Origin: a virus
IMG/VR virus record: IMGVR_UViG_3300002835_000070
Span: 38,229 to 102,228 of that record
Direction: 5' to 3' (one strand)
Length of the DNA stretch: 64,000 nt
The notes below the pieces were generated by a model. It was not told where the DNA came from. It ran no database searches and saw only the letters and a list, made by a program, of their open reading frames with translations. Shown in pieces: positions 1 through 9,680 of the stretch (the stretch's first letter is position 1; each line of letters begins with the position of its first letter). The position numbers were made by a program, and so were the translations under genes.

Positions 1-2
1 AA

Positions 3-3000
3 TGGTATGCAATAGTTGAAGCAAGAAGTATAAAAAATTTCGCCAAAGGCGGTTTTGTTGGTACGGTTGAATTCAACGTAGGAGATACTGTTTGGCAAAA
101 AGACGAAAAAAGATACGCAACTGTAATGAATAATTATGGCGACCCTATCAATGGAGATTATGGAGAATTAAGACTTGATACAACAGGGAATACTCTAATA
201 TTTACTTCTGATAAAGAATACAATACAACAGGCTATAATCTTATCAAACTTGGAGAAAAAGGCGACACGGGTAAATTCACTCCTGAAGTTCTTGAAGATA
301 TGAAAGCAAGTGCAAACCGTCTTATTGAATCAAGAAGACAAGGTAAGGATAAAGAGGGTGTTGCTTACTATCAGGAAGTTTACAAAAGACTTCTTGACGG
401 AGAGTTTGATTCTATGGCAGGTGGTGCTAAAGCGACTGCTTCTAACAAAAAAAGTTCAGTTGATTATACTTACGTTCCTAATAAAGACGTAAAAGAATTG
501 AGCGTTGTAGTTAAGGGCGAATTAAAGAAATTAATGGGTTCTGATATACTTGACGGGGTTTACGTTAAAAATTCAGCGAAATCTACTGCGAAATCTACTG
601 CAAAAGTAGATGCAAATGCCGTGTTTGCTAAAATGCTTAAAGATGCAAAAGAAGCAAAAATCGGAAAGACGAAAAGGTTTACCGTTACTGATTTAAAAAA
701 ATTAAATCTTGAAATGGTTCAAAAACTTGTAGAGGCAGGTTACACCGAACAACAAATAAGAAATATTATTTTTGGATATGCTTTTGATAACGAAATTGTG
801 GCTGACAACGAACTTGAATACGATAAGGGTATTTTTTCTTACGAAGACACTTATGTTAAAAGCAAAATCGAGGGTTTAGTTGAGGCTCAAAAAAACAAAG
901 AGTTTGCAGTTGGTATTGAATACCCTGACTTTGATTGGCAAGGTATCATAAAGAAATATAAAATATCTTCAAAACCTAAAGACATAACTGAAAAACAAAA
1001 AGGTACTTCAGGTTCTACCGAGAACTACTATGAAGTTTTTGTTGGAGAAAATATAGTGATAGGTCATAATTACGGATATAAATGGCTTGATGCTGACGGA
1101 AAAGTGTTAAGTAATTATATGGAAGAGGATAAAAAAGTTTCTGACCCTACTAAACAAAATGCTTGGCAAAAAGAAAGAGGACAAAAAGCAGGTTTCAACG
1201 GAGGTTGGTGGACTATTATTTCTTCTAAAATAGAAATTATTGACGATGTATTGAAAACTTTACTTGCTCAAAAGGGTAGTTACTGTAAAGAGATACAATT
1301 TTATGACGATTCTTTACCTAAAGCCTTAAAAGAAAACAAGATTGATTTTGAACTTGGGGGAGATTTTGCTCCAAACGTTTCAGACGGAACTCAATTTATG
1401 GGCGATGTTTATGCTAAAGGCGGAAAACTTACAAAATATATCGACCACGATGATATTAAAAGCGTTACCTTAAAATTAAAAGGTAAAGTTGTAACTGTTG
1501 CAGGTAGTGATGTTTTGAATGGTGCAAACATATTAAAAGACGGTGGAGATTTAAGTAAAATTGCAAACTACGTTGGTAAAAACGATGTGGTTTCTGTTGA
1601 ACTTAAAAACGGAGAAACTATAAAACCTGCAAATGGATATTGGGTAAAGAAAGGGGCAGAGCCTCTTTCTGCTCCAAGTTCAAAACCTGTTAGTAAAACA
1701 GGTGCGAGATTTAAGTTTGAAGTTGGCGATAAAGTAATGGTTGATGATTCGGGTTATGTTACCTCTTTTACAGAATTTGACTTATCTAAACCTGCCGAAA
1801 TTATTGACAGGTCTGTATCGAAAATGGGTGGAAAAACTTATTACTTTTATAAGTTGAAAATGGCTGACGGTAGAACTGCTTTTAATCAGGCAGAACAAAG
1901 TAAATTGACACTTGCACAAAACACAACGCCTACTTCTAAAAAAGATGTTAATAAGTTAGTCGCTCCAAAGGGATATGTTTTTGTTAATTCAGGAAGCCAT
2001 AGAGCAACCCAACAAATAAATAGAAGTGATGTAAAATACATTTCGTTGTACTCATTTGGAGGTTCTAACACAAGTGCAGGGACTACGATTATGTTTATGA
2101 CCGAAAATGATTATGAAAAAATTAAAGGCGTAAGAGGTGTTTCTCCTGCTAAAAGTTATCTGTCTGCAAAATCTCAATGGTTTTCAAGACAAGAAGATAA
2201 AAAATTAGACACTTTATTTAGAGAAATTGAACAAAAAGAATCTTTTGGTTATGCTGACGGTGGAAGTACTGATGAAGTTGCCAAAATAAAAGTATCAAGT
2301 CCTGACGGAAAATATGTAGATACTTGGTACATTACAAAAGATACCGATACAACTCACTTTTACATATCAAATTCTACTGAATCAAAAGGAGTGCCGTATC
2401 ACGTTGGTCAATTTAGAAGCGAGGTTTTTTACGAAGATTTAAGAAGTTGGTTAAAAGGCGGTACTAATATTGATGGAAAAGAATATAAAACCAATTCTTA
2501 CGCTAAAGGCGGAGAAATGCAAGGAAATAACATTGATGCTGAATTACAAGACTTCGATTTAGATAATTTAGACCCTATTGAAACGATGCAGTATAATCAT
2601 TTTGTAAAAAGTTCAGGCAAAGTCGGTGCGTTGCAGGTTTTAATAAATAGCGTTGAGGGCGACTATTCTCAATTAAGTCCTGAATTGGCTGAATTGGCTG
2701 AAATGCAATTGTCAACCGAAGAATGGGACGAAATGACAAATGAACAAATAAGAGAAGAATATAGCTATGCTAAAGGCGGAGATGTTGAAGAAAGGTTAGT
2801 TGGAAGTTTTTACTATGACTCAAGAAAAGACAAAACTTTTAGAATAATTTATTCTGATAAAGATAAAATATCAATACAATATTTTGATAAATCTAAAAAC
2901 CCTGTTGGTAAAATAGAAGACGTGCAAAGAAGTGAGTTTGAATATTTAACAAATATGGGTGCTTGGGGAAAATATAAACAATCTTATTTTGCTGATGGCG

Positions 3001-3746
3001 GATTTATGAATAATGTTTACGCTAAAGGTGGAGATTTAAAAGGCAAATTTTTAGCTGAAATCGGAGTTCCTTACAATTTTGAATATGTTGTTGAAGATGA
3101 GTACGAATTTTCTCGATTTTTATCAAAAGCCTTAACTAATAAATTTAATTTCGGAAACGGTGCTTGGGGTATTAAAATAGTAAAACCATTATTTGAGAAA
3201 AACTACGGGCAAAAAATAGTTGTTGAAATTGACATACCTTTAGGTGTAACTCAAGGTGGCGGGTTAGATAAGTTTGACGTTTTAGAATTTATGTCAAAAA
3301 CATTAACTAAAAAATGGTTTGGTAACGGTGTTTGGAGTGTTGAAGTTGTTAATAGTTATGCTGACGGTGCTATGTTAGACGACAACGAGGGGTTTATGAA
3401 AGCAGATAACGAAAACAATTACAGATACCCTGAAAGAGAAGTTCACGTTGATACTCTTGACGAGCCAATTGACTTGACTAATAAAGTAAGTCGCATAAGT
3501 GGCAAGATTGATACTCTTGACGAGCCAATTGATTTAAAAAGTAATGTAAGTCGCAGAACTAACGATGTTGTAATTAGAACGCTTGACGAAAGTGCTGATT
3601 TGAATGACGACAAAAGAGTAAGAGCAAGAATGAGTTACAATCCAAAAGACAGAAACCCTGACAAACTTTTAAGTGTAAACCCAAGAGCGTTTGAGTTCAT
3701 AAAGGATTTACCAATGCCTACATCAAACACACATAAAAACGATTAA
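3..3746 (+). CDS. Giant polyvalent multidomain protein, 5'-truncated by the window edge; domains separated by [YF]A[DK]GG linkers
   Basis: Frame is open from nt 3 (WYAIVEARSIKNFAKGG...) into the listed ORF at 126. About 9 YAKGG/YADGG-type motifs; C-terminal DTLDEPIDL repeats. Confidence 0.85.
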   Translation, partial: WYAIVEARSIKNFAKGGFVGTVEFNVGDTVWQKDEKRYATVMNNYGDPINGDYGELRLDTTGNTLIFTSDKEYNTTGYNLIKLGEKGDTGKFTPEVLEDMKASANRLIESRRQGKDKEGVAYYQEVYKRLLDGEFDSMAGGAKATASNKKSSVDYTYVPNKDVKELSVVVKGELKKLMGSDILDGVYVKNSAKSTAKSTAKVDANAVFAKMLKDAKEAKIGKTKRFTVTDLKKLNLEMVQKLVEAGYTEQQIRNIIFGYAFDNEIVADNELEYDKGIFSYEDTYVKSKIEGLVEAQKNKEFAVGIEYPDFDWQGIIKKYKISSKPKDITEKQKGTSGSTENYYEVFVGENIVIGHNYGYKWLDADGKVLSNYMEEDKKVSDPTKQNAWQKERGQKAGFNGGWWTIISSKIEIIDDVLKTLLAQKGSYCKEIQFYDDSLPKALKENKIDFELGGDFAPNVSDGTQFMGDVYAKGGKLTKYIDHDDIKSVTLKLKGKVVTVAGSDVLNGANILKDGGDLSKIANYVGKNDVVSVELKNGETIKPANGYWVKKGAEPLSAPSSKPVSKTGARFKFEVGDKVMVDDSGYVTSFTEFDLSKPAEIIDRSVSKMGGKTYYFYKLKMADGRTAFNQAEQSKLTLAQNTTPTSKKDVNKLVAPKGYVFVNSGSHRATQQINRSDVKYISLYSFGGSNTSAGTTIMFMTENDYEKIKGVRGVSPAKSYLSAKSQWFSRQEDKKLDTLFREIEQKESFGYADGGSTDEVAKIKVSSPDGKYVDTWYITKDTDTTHFYISNSTESKGVPYHVGQFRSEVFYEDLRSWLKGGTNIDGKEYKTNSYAKGGEMQGNNIDAELQDFDLDNLDPIETMQYNHFVKSSGKVGALQVLINSVEGDYSQLSPELAELAEMQLSTEEWDEMTNEQIREEYSYAKGGDVEERLVGSFYYDSRKDKTFRIIYSDKDKISIQYFDKSKNPVGKIEDVQRSEFEYLTNMGAWGKYKQSYFADGGFMNNVYAKGGDLKGKFLAEIGVPYNFEYVVEDEYEFSRFLSKALTNKFNFGNGAWGIKIVKPLFEKNYGQKIVVEIDIPLGVTQGGGLDKFDVLEFMSKTLTKKWFGNGVWSVEVVNSYADGAMLDDNEGFMKADNENNYRYPEREVHVDTLDEPIDLTNKVSRISGKIDTLDEPIDLKSNVSRRTNDVVIRTLDESADLNDDKRVRARMSYNPKDRNPDKLLSVNPRAFEFIKDLPMPTSNTHKND

Positions 3747-5975
3747 TTTAAAAATACTATGAAGTTATTTAATAAAACAATAGACAGACAATTATTCAAT
3801 CAATATTCACTTGGTAGTAACCTCTCTAAACAAGAGGTTGTTGTCAAGATATTCAATCCTATGGGGAATGGAAGCTGGTATATTTTAAATTCTGACCCCA
3901 ATGACCCTGATTATCTTTGGGCTATTGTAGATTTAGGATATGGTGCTGAAGTAGGTTCAGTAAGCCGTAGCGACCTTGAAACGTATAGAGGTCGATTTGG
4001 ATTAGGATTTGAGCGTGATTTAGGTTTTGACCCAATTAACGCTGAAGAACTTTATAACGGTTTGAGAGAGGGTAAATTTTACGCTGACGGTGGCAACATT
4101 GAAAGTTTCAGCGATAACCAACGTATGATTATGAATCAAAACGTTGAGGTAGAACATCATCACGAGGAATTGGAAGATATTTTAGAAGATAAAGTTCCTG
4201 TTCCTGCTTGGGTAGTTGCAAAAATGGAAACTGCAACGCAAAACCTTTCCGACATTACTCATTACCTTGACGGTAAAAAAGAGTTGATGGAGGAAGAAAA
4301 CGAAGAAGAGGACGAAGACGAGGAAGAGGACGAGGAAGAGGACGAAGACCAAGACGATATTAAAAATCAAAATGTTGTCGAACCAATAAACGTGTCTGCG
4401 GGAACTAAAGCAGAATTGACTAAAAAATTTACTGACGATGCTTTGGGTAATTTTAAAGGTTTCTTGAAAGGTATGGAGGGAGTTGACTTGCGTGAAGACT
4501 ACACGTTTGATTACAAGGACGAACAATACGAAGTTGAGCCAATTGTTAACTCTGATGAAAACGGTGTTTCAAATGCCGTGTTTAGCATTTTTGACGGAGA
4601 CGGAGAAGAAGTTGGGGAAGTTACTTATAGCCGTGACGGTGGAAAACAAAAGTTTACTGCTAATTCGGAATTTTTCGGTTGGAATAATGCAAAGTTTGAA
4701 GACGGTGGGTTTATGAATAATGTTTACGCTGACGGGGGAGAAATAAGTCTTTGGAAAGCAGAGCCAAATAACAAACCTGAAAAATTAAAAACTTTTAAAT
4801 CATTACGGGCTTATAATACTTATATGAATAAAAACCGTGAATTTTTTAGAGATGAACATTCTAAAAACGGAACAGGATTTTATGGTTTTGAAGCAGATGT
4901 AACTGAAAAAGAAGTTGAAAGCAGTATAGAAAATCTATATGATTCTAATAATAAATATGCTAACGGTGGATATTTTGACGGAACTATACCGAAAGTTTCT
5001 ACTTATATGAGTAATTATGCTAAAGGCGGAGAAGTTGCCAAAGCAGAAATTCTTGGTTTGAGTAAAAACATAATGGGAACTACTGATATTGAAATGAAAA
5101 TTTCAGGAATGAGAAAATCTCAAGACTTTAGTGTTTACCCAATTGGTAAAGATGATACAGACCAAATTATTACAATTCAATCTGAAACAAGAATTGGTAA
5201 AATAGATTTGTCAACAGGTCGTGGATTAATGAGCCAAAGTCATTCTAACGGTGCTTACTTTGTACATTTTCAAATGGACAATCTTACTAAATTTACTGTA
5301 AGCGAAAGCGACTTAGAAGAATTGAAAATGTACATTTTTAAAACTGCGGGTTCTAATGTTGGAAGTTCAATTGTAAAATCTGACAATTCAGGGGCTTCGG
5401 GCGTTTATGAAGACGGTGGTTCTGTAAAAAGAACAAGGCGAACAAAAAACCAAATAAGGAAAGACGAATACAATAAAGAAGTTGATTTATATAATTGGTA
5501 TATTGTAAATTTTTTAGAAAATAAAGTAGAATCAGGATTTGAATATAAAGAAGATGCTGTTGACTTACTTTCTGATTATGATGGAGATAAAAATTTTAAA
5601 GTAGTATCTAAAAAAACCTTAAAAACTTTAGGAATTGAAATACCTAATGAAAATTGGAAATATGCTGACGGTGGCTTTATGAATAATGTTTACGCTAAAG
5701 GCGGTAAAATTGATAACTCACATAATTATCGATTATTAGATAGATTACGTTCAGATAACGATTATTTTTTAGGTAATGGAAACAGGTCTGAAAAACATTT
5801 GTGGGCGGGTAATGTAGATGCTCAAATAAAAGAAATGAAGCGTTTGTGGAATAACTTACCTGAAGATGCAAAACCTGAATGGTTAAGTATGGATGATATT
5901 TTAGAATACGAACAAAAAATGAAAAAGCAATACGCTGACGGTGGCTTTATGAATAATGTTTATGCTGACGGTGGT
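2991..5975 (+). repeat. Dispersed ~42-bp linker repeat encoding (A/E)DGGFMNNVYA(K/D)GG, 4 copies
   Basis: Copies at about 2991-3032, 4698-4739, 5664-5705 and 5934-5975, with near-identical DNA across two genes. Confidence 0.9.
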
Positions 5976-7298
5976 AGAGTTAGTAATGAAGACTACGAAC
6001 AAAGACTTCAATATTTAAAAATGATGAAGAACAATGAACCTACTGATTTAGGTAAATACAGAATTGACAAAGAAATCAGAGAAATAAATACAATTTTAAA
6101 CCATAGAGGAAATCTAAAAAATTCTTACGCCAAAGGCGGAAGTTTAGAAGATAAACTGACTAAACTTGAAAACAAAAAATCTGAATTAGAATCAAAATTA
6201 TTTGAAGCTAAATTAAAAGAATATAAAGTTATAGAAAATATGGGTTGGGGTGCAGGTATGAGAAGAAGTAAGGTTAGTATCAGCACAAGACAAACAGATT
6301 CTTTAAAAGAAAGAATTAAACTTGTGGAAAAGGAAATAGAGCAAACCAAAATAGATATTTTGCCAAAAAAACCTAAATACATTCTTAAAGCAGACATCAA
6401 AACCGTTACACTTAAACGTAATGGCAAGGAGGTTACTTACAGTGGTGCTGATGTTCTAAATGGTGCTAACGTACTTGCGAAAGGCGGAGATTTGACTTCA
6501 AAAGCAAATTACATTCCAAAACGTGATGTAGTTTCTGTTGAGTTGAAAGATGGAACTACCGTTAAGCCTGTAAATGGGTATTGGGTTAAGAAAGGTGCTG
6601 AACCAATTGGAGGACAACCAACGCCTACTTCTTCAGGAAAATCAGAACCTAAAATTAGTACAACTGAAATTAGAAAAGATGCAAGAGGTAATTGGAGAGC
6701 GGAAAACACAGTAGATGATTTTAACGGTTACGATTGGAGAATATCTACCGTTAAAACTTATAGTGGTAATTTAGTTTCTTCTGCTCAAGGAGGTAAAACA
6801 GAGCCGACAGGAACAAAAGGTTATAGTATTTTTAAATATACTATGTATCAAGACCCAAATCATACTTTAGAAGTTTCTAAACCAAAAAGATTGACTGATA
6901 AGGTAGTTTCTGAACAACACGAAAAAGCATTAGCCAAGTTCAAAAAGTTTATGGAAACAGGAATGTTCAAAGGCGGAGGTAAAATCTCCAACTTTGATAA
7001 ACTTTCTGATAAAGTAGCAAAAGAATACGAGGGAATACCTGTTAAGAGCAAATACCAAGAGCAATATGGTAGATACTATTCTAAAGAAGAAGCACAGGAA
7101 GTTGGCGATAAAGTTGCGGGAAAAGTAAAGGCTATGCAATCTGCTAAAAAGATGTCAGGCGGTAGTACAGACGGTAAAAAATCAAATAGCGGAGCAGAAA
7201 CCCTAAAAAAAGCAAATGATTTAGCTAAAAAAATCCGTATGGATGGAGAGAGTTGGAACAATGCTAAAAAAAGAGCCTTTGCCCAATTAAAAAAATAG
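3759..7298 (+). CDS. Giant polyvalent protein: N-terminal DUF2958-like domain, LPD11-like domain, acidic tract, about 13 YADGG/YAKGG linkers
   Basis: KIFNPMGNGSWY...EVGSVSRSDL...FERDLGF resembles DUF2958. YRLLDRLRSDNDYFLGNGNRSEKHLWAGNVDAQIKEMKRLWNNLPEDAKPEWL resembles LPD11. Confidence 0.8.
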   Translation: MKLFNKTIDRQLFNQYSLGSNLSKQEVVVKIFNPMGNGSWYILNSDPNDPDYLWAIVDLGYGAEVGSVSRSDLETYRGRFGLGFERDLGFDPINAEELYNGLREGKFYADGGNIESFSDNQRMIMNQNVEVEHHHEELEDILEDKVPVPAWVVAKMETATQNLSDITHYLDGKKELMEEENEEEDEDEEEDEEEDEDQDDIKNQNVVEPINVSAGTKAELTKKFTDDALGNFKGFLKGMEGVDLREDYTFDYKDEQYEVEPIVNSDENGVSNAVFSIFDGDGEEVGEVTYSRDGGKQKFTANSEFFGWNNAKFEDGGFMNNVYADGGEISLWKAEPNNKPEKLKTFKSLRAYNTYMNKNREFFRDEHSKNGTGFYGFEADVTEKEVESSIENLYDSNNKYANGGYFDGTIPKVSTYMSNYAKGGEVAKAEILGLSKNIMGTTDIEMKISGMRKSQDFSVYPIGKDDTDQIITIQSETRIGKIDLSTGRGLMSQSHSNGAYFVHFQMDNLTKFTVSESDLEELKMYIFKTAGSNVGSSIVKSDNSGASGVYEDGGSVKRTRRTKNQIRKDEYNKEVDLYNWYIVNFLENKVESGFEYKEDAVDLLSDYDGDKNFKVVSKKTLKTLGIEIPNENWKYADGGFMNNVYAKGGKIDNSHNYRLLDRLRSDNDYFLGNGNRSEKHLWAGNVDAQIKEMKRLWNNLPEDAKPEWLSMDDILEYEQKMKKQYADGGFMNNVYADGGRVSNEDYEQRLQYLKMMKNNEPTDLGKYRIDKEIREINTILNHRGNLKNSYAKGGSLEDKLTKLENKKSELESKLFEAKLKEYKVIENMGWGAGMRRSKVSISTRQTDSLKERIKLVEKEIEQTKIDILPKKPKYILKADIKTVTLKRNGKEVTYSGADVLNGANVLAKGGDLTSKANYIPKRDVVSVELKDGTTVKPVNGYWVKKGAEPIGGQPTPTSSGKSEPKISTTEIRKDARGNWRAENTVDDFNGYDWRISTVKTYSGNLVSSAQGGKTEPTGTKGYSIFKYTMYQDPNHTLEVSKPKRLTDKVVSEQHEKALAKFKKFMETGMFKGGGKISNFDKLSDKVAKEYEGIPVKSKYQEQYGRYYSKEEAQEVGDKVAGKVKAMQSAKKMSGGSTDGKKSNSGAETLKKANDLAKKIRMDGESWNNAKKRAFAQLKK

Positions 7299-7427
7299 TA
7301 CGAAAACAGATGTAATATGTCCGACACCAAGCGGACAAAAAATAATAGCAGAAAGCCTGTTAGAAACATAAAAAAAGACAATTATTTTAAAAACAAGGCA
7401 TTAATTACTTGTTTATCAAAATTTTAT

Positions 7428-7435
7428 TATATTTG
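7428..7435 (+). promoter_or_regulatory. Bacteroidota sigma70 -7 box (TATATTTG)
   Basis: Matches TAnnTTTG in an intergenic gap about 30 nt before the ATG at 7468. Confidence 0.55.
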
Positions 7436-7467
7436 TAGATTAAATTAACTTTATTAAGTACAATACT

Positions 7468-8034
7468 ATGGAAACAATTAATGGATTATTAAGAGCGTTG
7501 GATAACAAAGTACCCGCTTCAATGGCTAAAAGAATAGACGGTTTGCAAAAACTGAATGTGAAATTAGAAACCGCAAGAAGCGAACACGATGCTAACCCGA
7601 CAGAGGCTTCTCAAGATGCGTTAGACGAGATTATAGAATTTATCAAAGACACCCAAGAGGATGTTCAAGAAGATTTAGAAACTCTTGTAGAGCAAAAAAG
7701 AAGTGCTAATTTAAAAGCACAGGGAGAAGAGAAAAAAAGAAGAGAACAAGAGGCTTTAGCGAAAAGAGGAGAACAAGAGGCGTTAGCCAAAAGAAGAAAA
7801 CAACAAGAGGAATTAGCAAATAGAAGAGCAAGTGAAAAAGCCCAAAAAGATGCTGAAGAATTGAGAGAAAAAGAAGATTTAGAGAAAAAAGAATCGGAAG
7901 AACAAGAATTAAAAACAGATGACGAAACTAAAACTGAAAAAAAATCAGGAATTGGTTGGGGAAGTTTGCTTTTAGGCGGTATTCTACTTGTAGCAACAGG
8001 TGGGGCAATAAAGTATTTCGGAAATAAAAAATAA
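7468..8034 (+). CDS. Coiled-coil protein with C-terminal membrane anchor
   Basis: E/K/R-rich helices; GIGWGSLLLGGILLVATGGAIKYF tail. Confidence 0.8.
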   Translation: METINGLLRALDNKVPASMAKRIDGLQKLNVKLETARSEHDANPTEASQDALDEIIEFIKDTQEDVQEDLETLVEQKRSANLKAQGEEKKRREQEALAKRGEQEALAKRRKQQEELANRRASEKAQKDAEELREKEDLEKKESEEQELKTDDETKTEKKSGIGWGSLLLGGILLVATGGAIKYFGNKK

Positions 8035-8201
8035 TGAGCAAAGCGCAAAAAATTTTATTAGTAGTAGGCATTTTAGGTGTTGCTTTCGGAGGCTTTGTCT
8101 TGGCGAAGTATCTTACTCGTAATGTTAGAAAAATTCGAGGTGGAACAGTCACTTTTCAAAAGTTTGACACACCGCCAATAGAAGAACCTTTATCTGAATA
8201 A
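8034..8201 (+). CDS. 55-aa N-anchored membrane protein (not in ORF track)
   Basis: MSKAQKILLVVGILGVAFGGFVLAKYL...; start overlaps the upstream stop (TAATG). Confidence 0.7.
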   Translation: MSKAQKILLVVGILGVAFGGFVLAKYLTRNVRKIRGGTVTFQKFDTPPIEEPLSE

Positions 8202-8203
8202 TT

Positions 8204-8902
8204 ATGGGAAAGTACACGACAGTTGCGATTAAAGTGCCTGATATTAATAGAAGTTTTGCACAATCAAATTATAAATACTCTAACCCCGATGTTATAAGAG
8301 TTAACAATTTACTTATAGATGAAATCAATAAGTCATTTGGAAGCTATGTTACAAAGTGGGGAATTGAATTTGAAATTGATGATTCAATAATTATAGGTTT
8401 TATTGCTACCGAAAGTGGCGGTATTAATTCTCCTCCGAATAAATATGATGCGACAGGTCTTATGCAGATGACTCCAAACACAGTTTGGGAAATTTTGGCA
8501 AAATGGCAAGTTATGGTCAATTCCCCGCTATCTACTAAAGCAAAATCTTTTTTCAATAAAGCGATTCCGTCAAGTAAAAATTTCAACGCTAATGTACTTC
8601 CGAGTTCGGCAGTAAAAAGCGAAATACGCAAAGCATTACAAAATAATCCTGAATTCAATATAGCAATTGGTACTGCTAATTTAAGATGGCTTTTAGAAGC
8701 ATTTAAAGAGGGCAACGTTGCGAGTATGAATAAAGTTATGGTTTCCTACAATGCGGGTTACTATGCTATGAGAAATAAGGTAAAAGGTGCTTTAACAACT
8801 CAACAATTAATCAATAATAAATCTATTCCTTTGGAAAGCAGAGGTTATTTATTAAAAATGTTAGGCGTAAACGGTTTTTTAGACCTATGGTTTAAAAAGT
8901 AA
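8204..8902 (+). CDS. Lytic transglycosylase (SLT/lysozyme-like)
   Basis: IATESGG (catalytic Glu), ATGLMQ and SYNAG motifs. Confidence 0.85.
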   Translation: MGKYTTVAIKVPDINRSFAQSNYKYSNPDVIRVNNLLIDEINKSFGSYVTKWGIEFEIDDSIIIGFIATESGGINSPPNKYDATGLMQMTPNTVWEILAKWQVMVNSPLSTKAKSFFNKAIPSSKNFNANVLPSSAVKSEIRKALQNNPEFNIAIGTANLRWLLEAFKEGNVASMNKVMVSYNAGYYAMRNKVKGALTTQQLINNKSIPLESRGYLLKMLGVNGFLDLWFKK

Positions 8903-8986
8903 TTATAAACAAAAACAAGAAACAAAACAACAACCTAATTAAGTAATGATAAATTTAAAAAATATAAACAATTAAATATTAAAATT

Positions 8987-9241
8987 ATGAAAAAAGGTTA
9001 TTTAGTAGGTGGTTTAGCGATTGTAGGTGCAATAGCATTATTTATGTATTTAAAACCAAAAAACAAAGCAAATTCAGAGGGTTTTTACGGGGCAAATGGT
9101 AAATTAACTACCAAAGGAGGTTCGACTTCAAAAGTTCAATTACAATGTAAAAGACCTAATGGAAGTTATTACTTACAACCATCAGGAGCAACTGCTTGTG
9201 TGTATGGTAGTGACACACCAATTCGTTACGTTGAAAATTAA
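8987..9241 (+). CDS. N-anchored small membrane protein, 'GGLA..GA.AL..LKPK..NSEGF' family
   Basis: Close paralogue of 25638; TM, then EGFYGANG, then a two-Cys domain. Confidence 0.8.
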   Translation: MKKGYLVGGLAIVGAIALFMYLKPKNKANSEGFYGANGKLTTKGGSTSKVQLQCKRPNGSYYLQPSGATACVYGSDTPIRYVEN

Positions 9242-9252
9242 AAACAAAAAAA

Positions 9253-9384
9253 ATGGAAAAGAAATATATCGTAGGAGGTTTAGCCGTAGTAGGTGCTTTA
9301 GCATTATTAGCTTGGTATTTTACACCAAAGAAAAGTTCAGATAAATTCTTGAACGCAACAGGTGGTTGCGGTTGTGGGGCTTAA
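9253..9384 (+). CDS. 43-aa membrane protein of the same family, ending FLNATGGCGCGA (not in ORF track)
   Basis: MEKKYIVGGLAVVGALALLAWYFTPKKSSDKFLNATGGCGCGA. Confidence 0.75.
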   Translation: MEKKYIVGGLAVVGALALLAWYFTPKKSSDKFLNATGGCGCGA

Positions 9385-9386
9385 TA

Positions 9387-9680
9387 ATGGCTTATAAAAT
9401 TTTACCATATTCAAAAGCACAGGCGGATAAGTTGGGGGTTGAAATAAAGCCCTCAACAAACTCTGTTAAAAAAATTGATATTTTTAAAAATGGTAAAAAA
9501 ATTGCTACAATAGGGGCTTCGGGTATGAATGATTACCCGACCTATTTGGAGAAAGAAAAAAAAGGGTATTTCCCGAAAGGATATGCTAAAGAAAGACGTA
9601 GATTGTATAAGCAACGCCACGAAAAAGACCGTCATAAAACAGGGTCGAATGGTTGGTATGCAGATAAAATATTGTGGTAA
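9387..9680 (+). CDS. Small basic protein, DUF5754-like
   Basis: Likely true start MAYKILPY at 9387. GASGMNDY...RRRLYKQRH...GWYADKILW pattern resembles a family I recall from large DNA viruses. Confidence 0.5.
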   Translation: MAYKILPYSKAQADKLGVEIKPSTNSVKKIDIFKNGKKIATIGASGMNDYPTYLEKEKKGYFPKGYAKERRRLYKQRHEKDRHKTGSNGWYADKILW

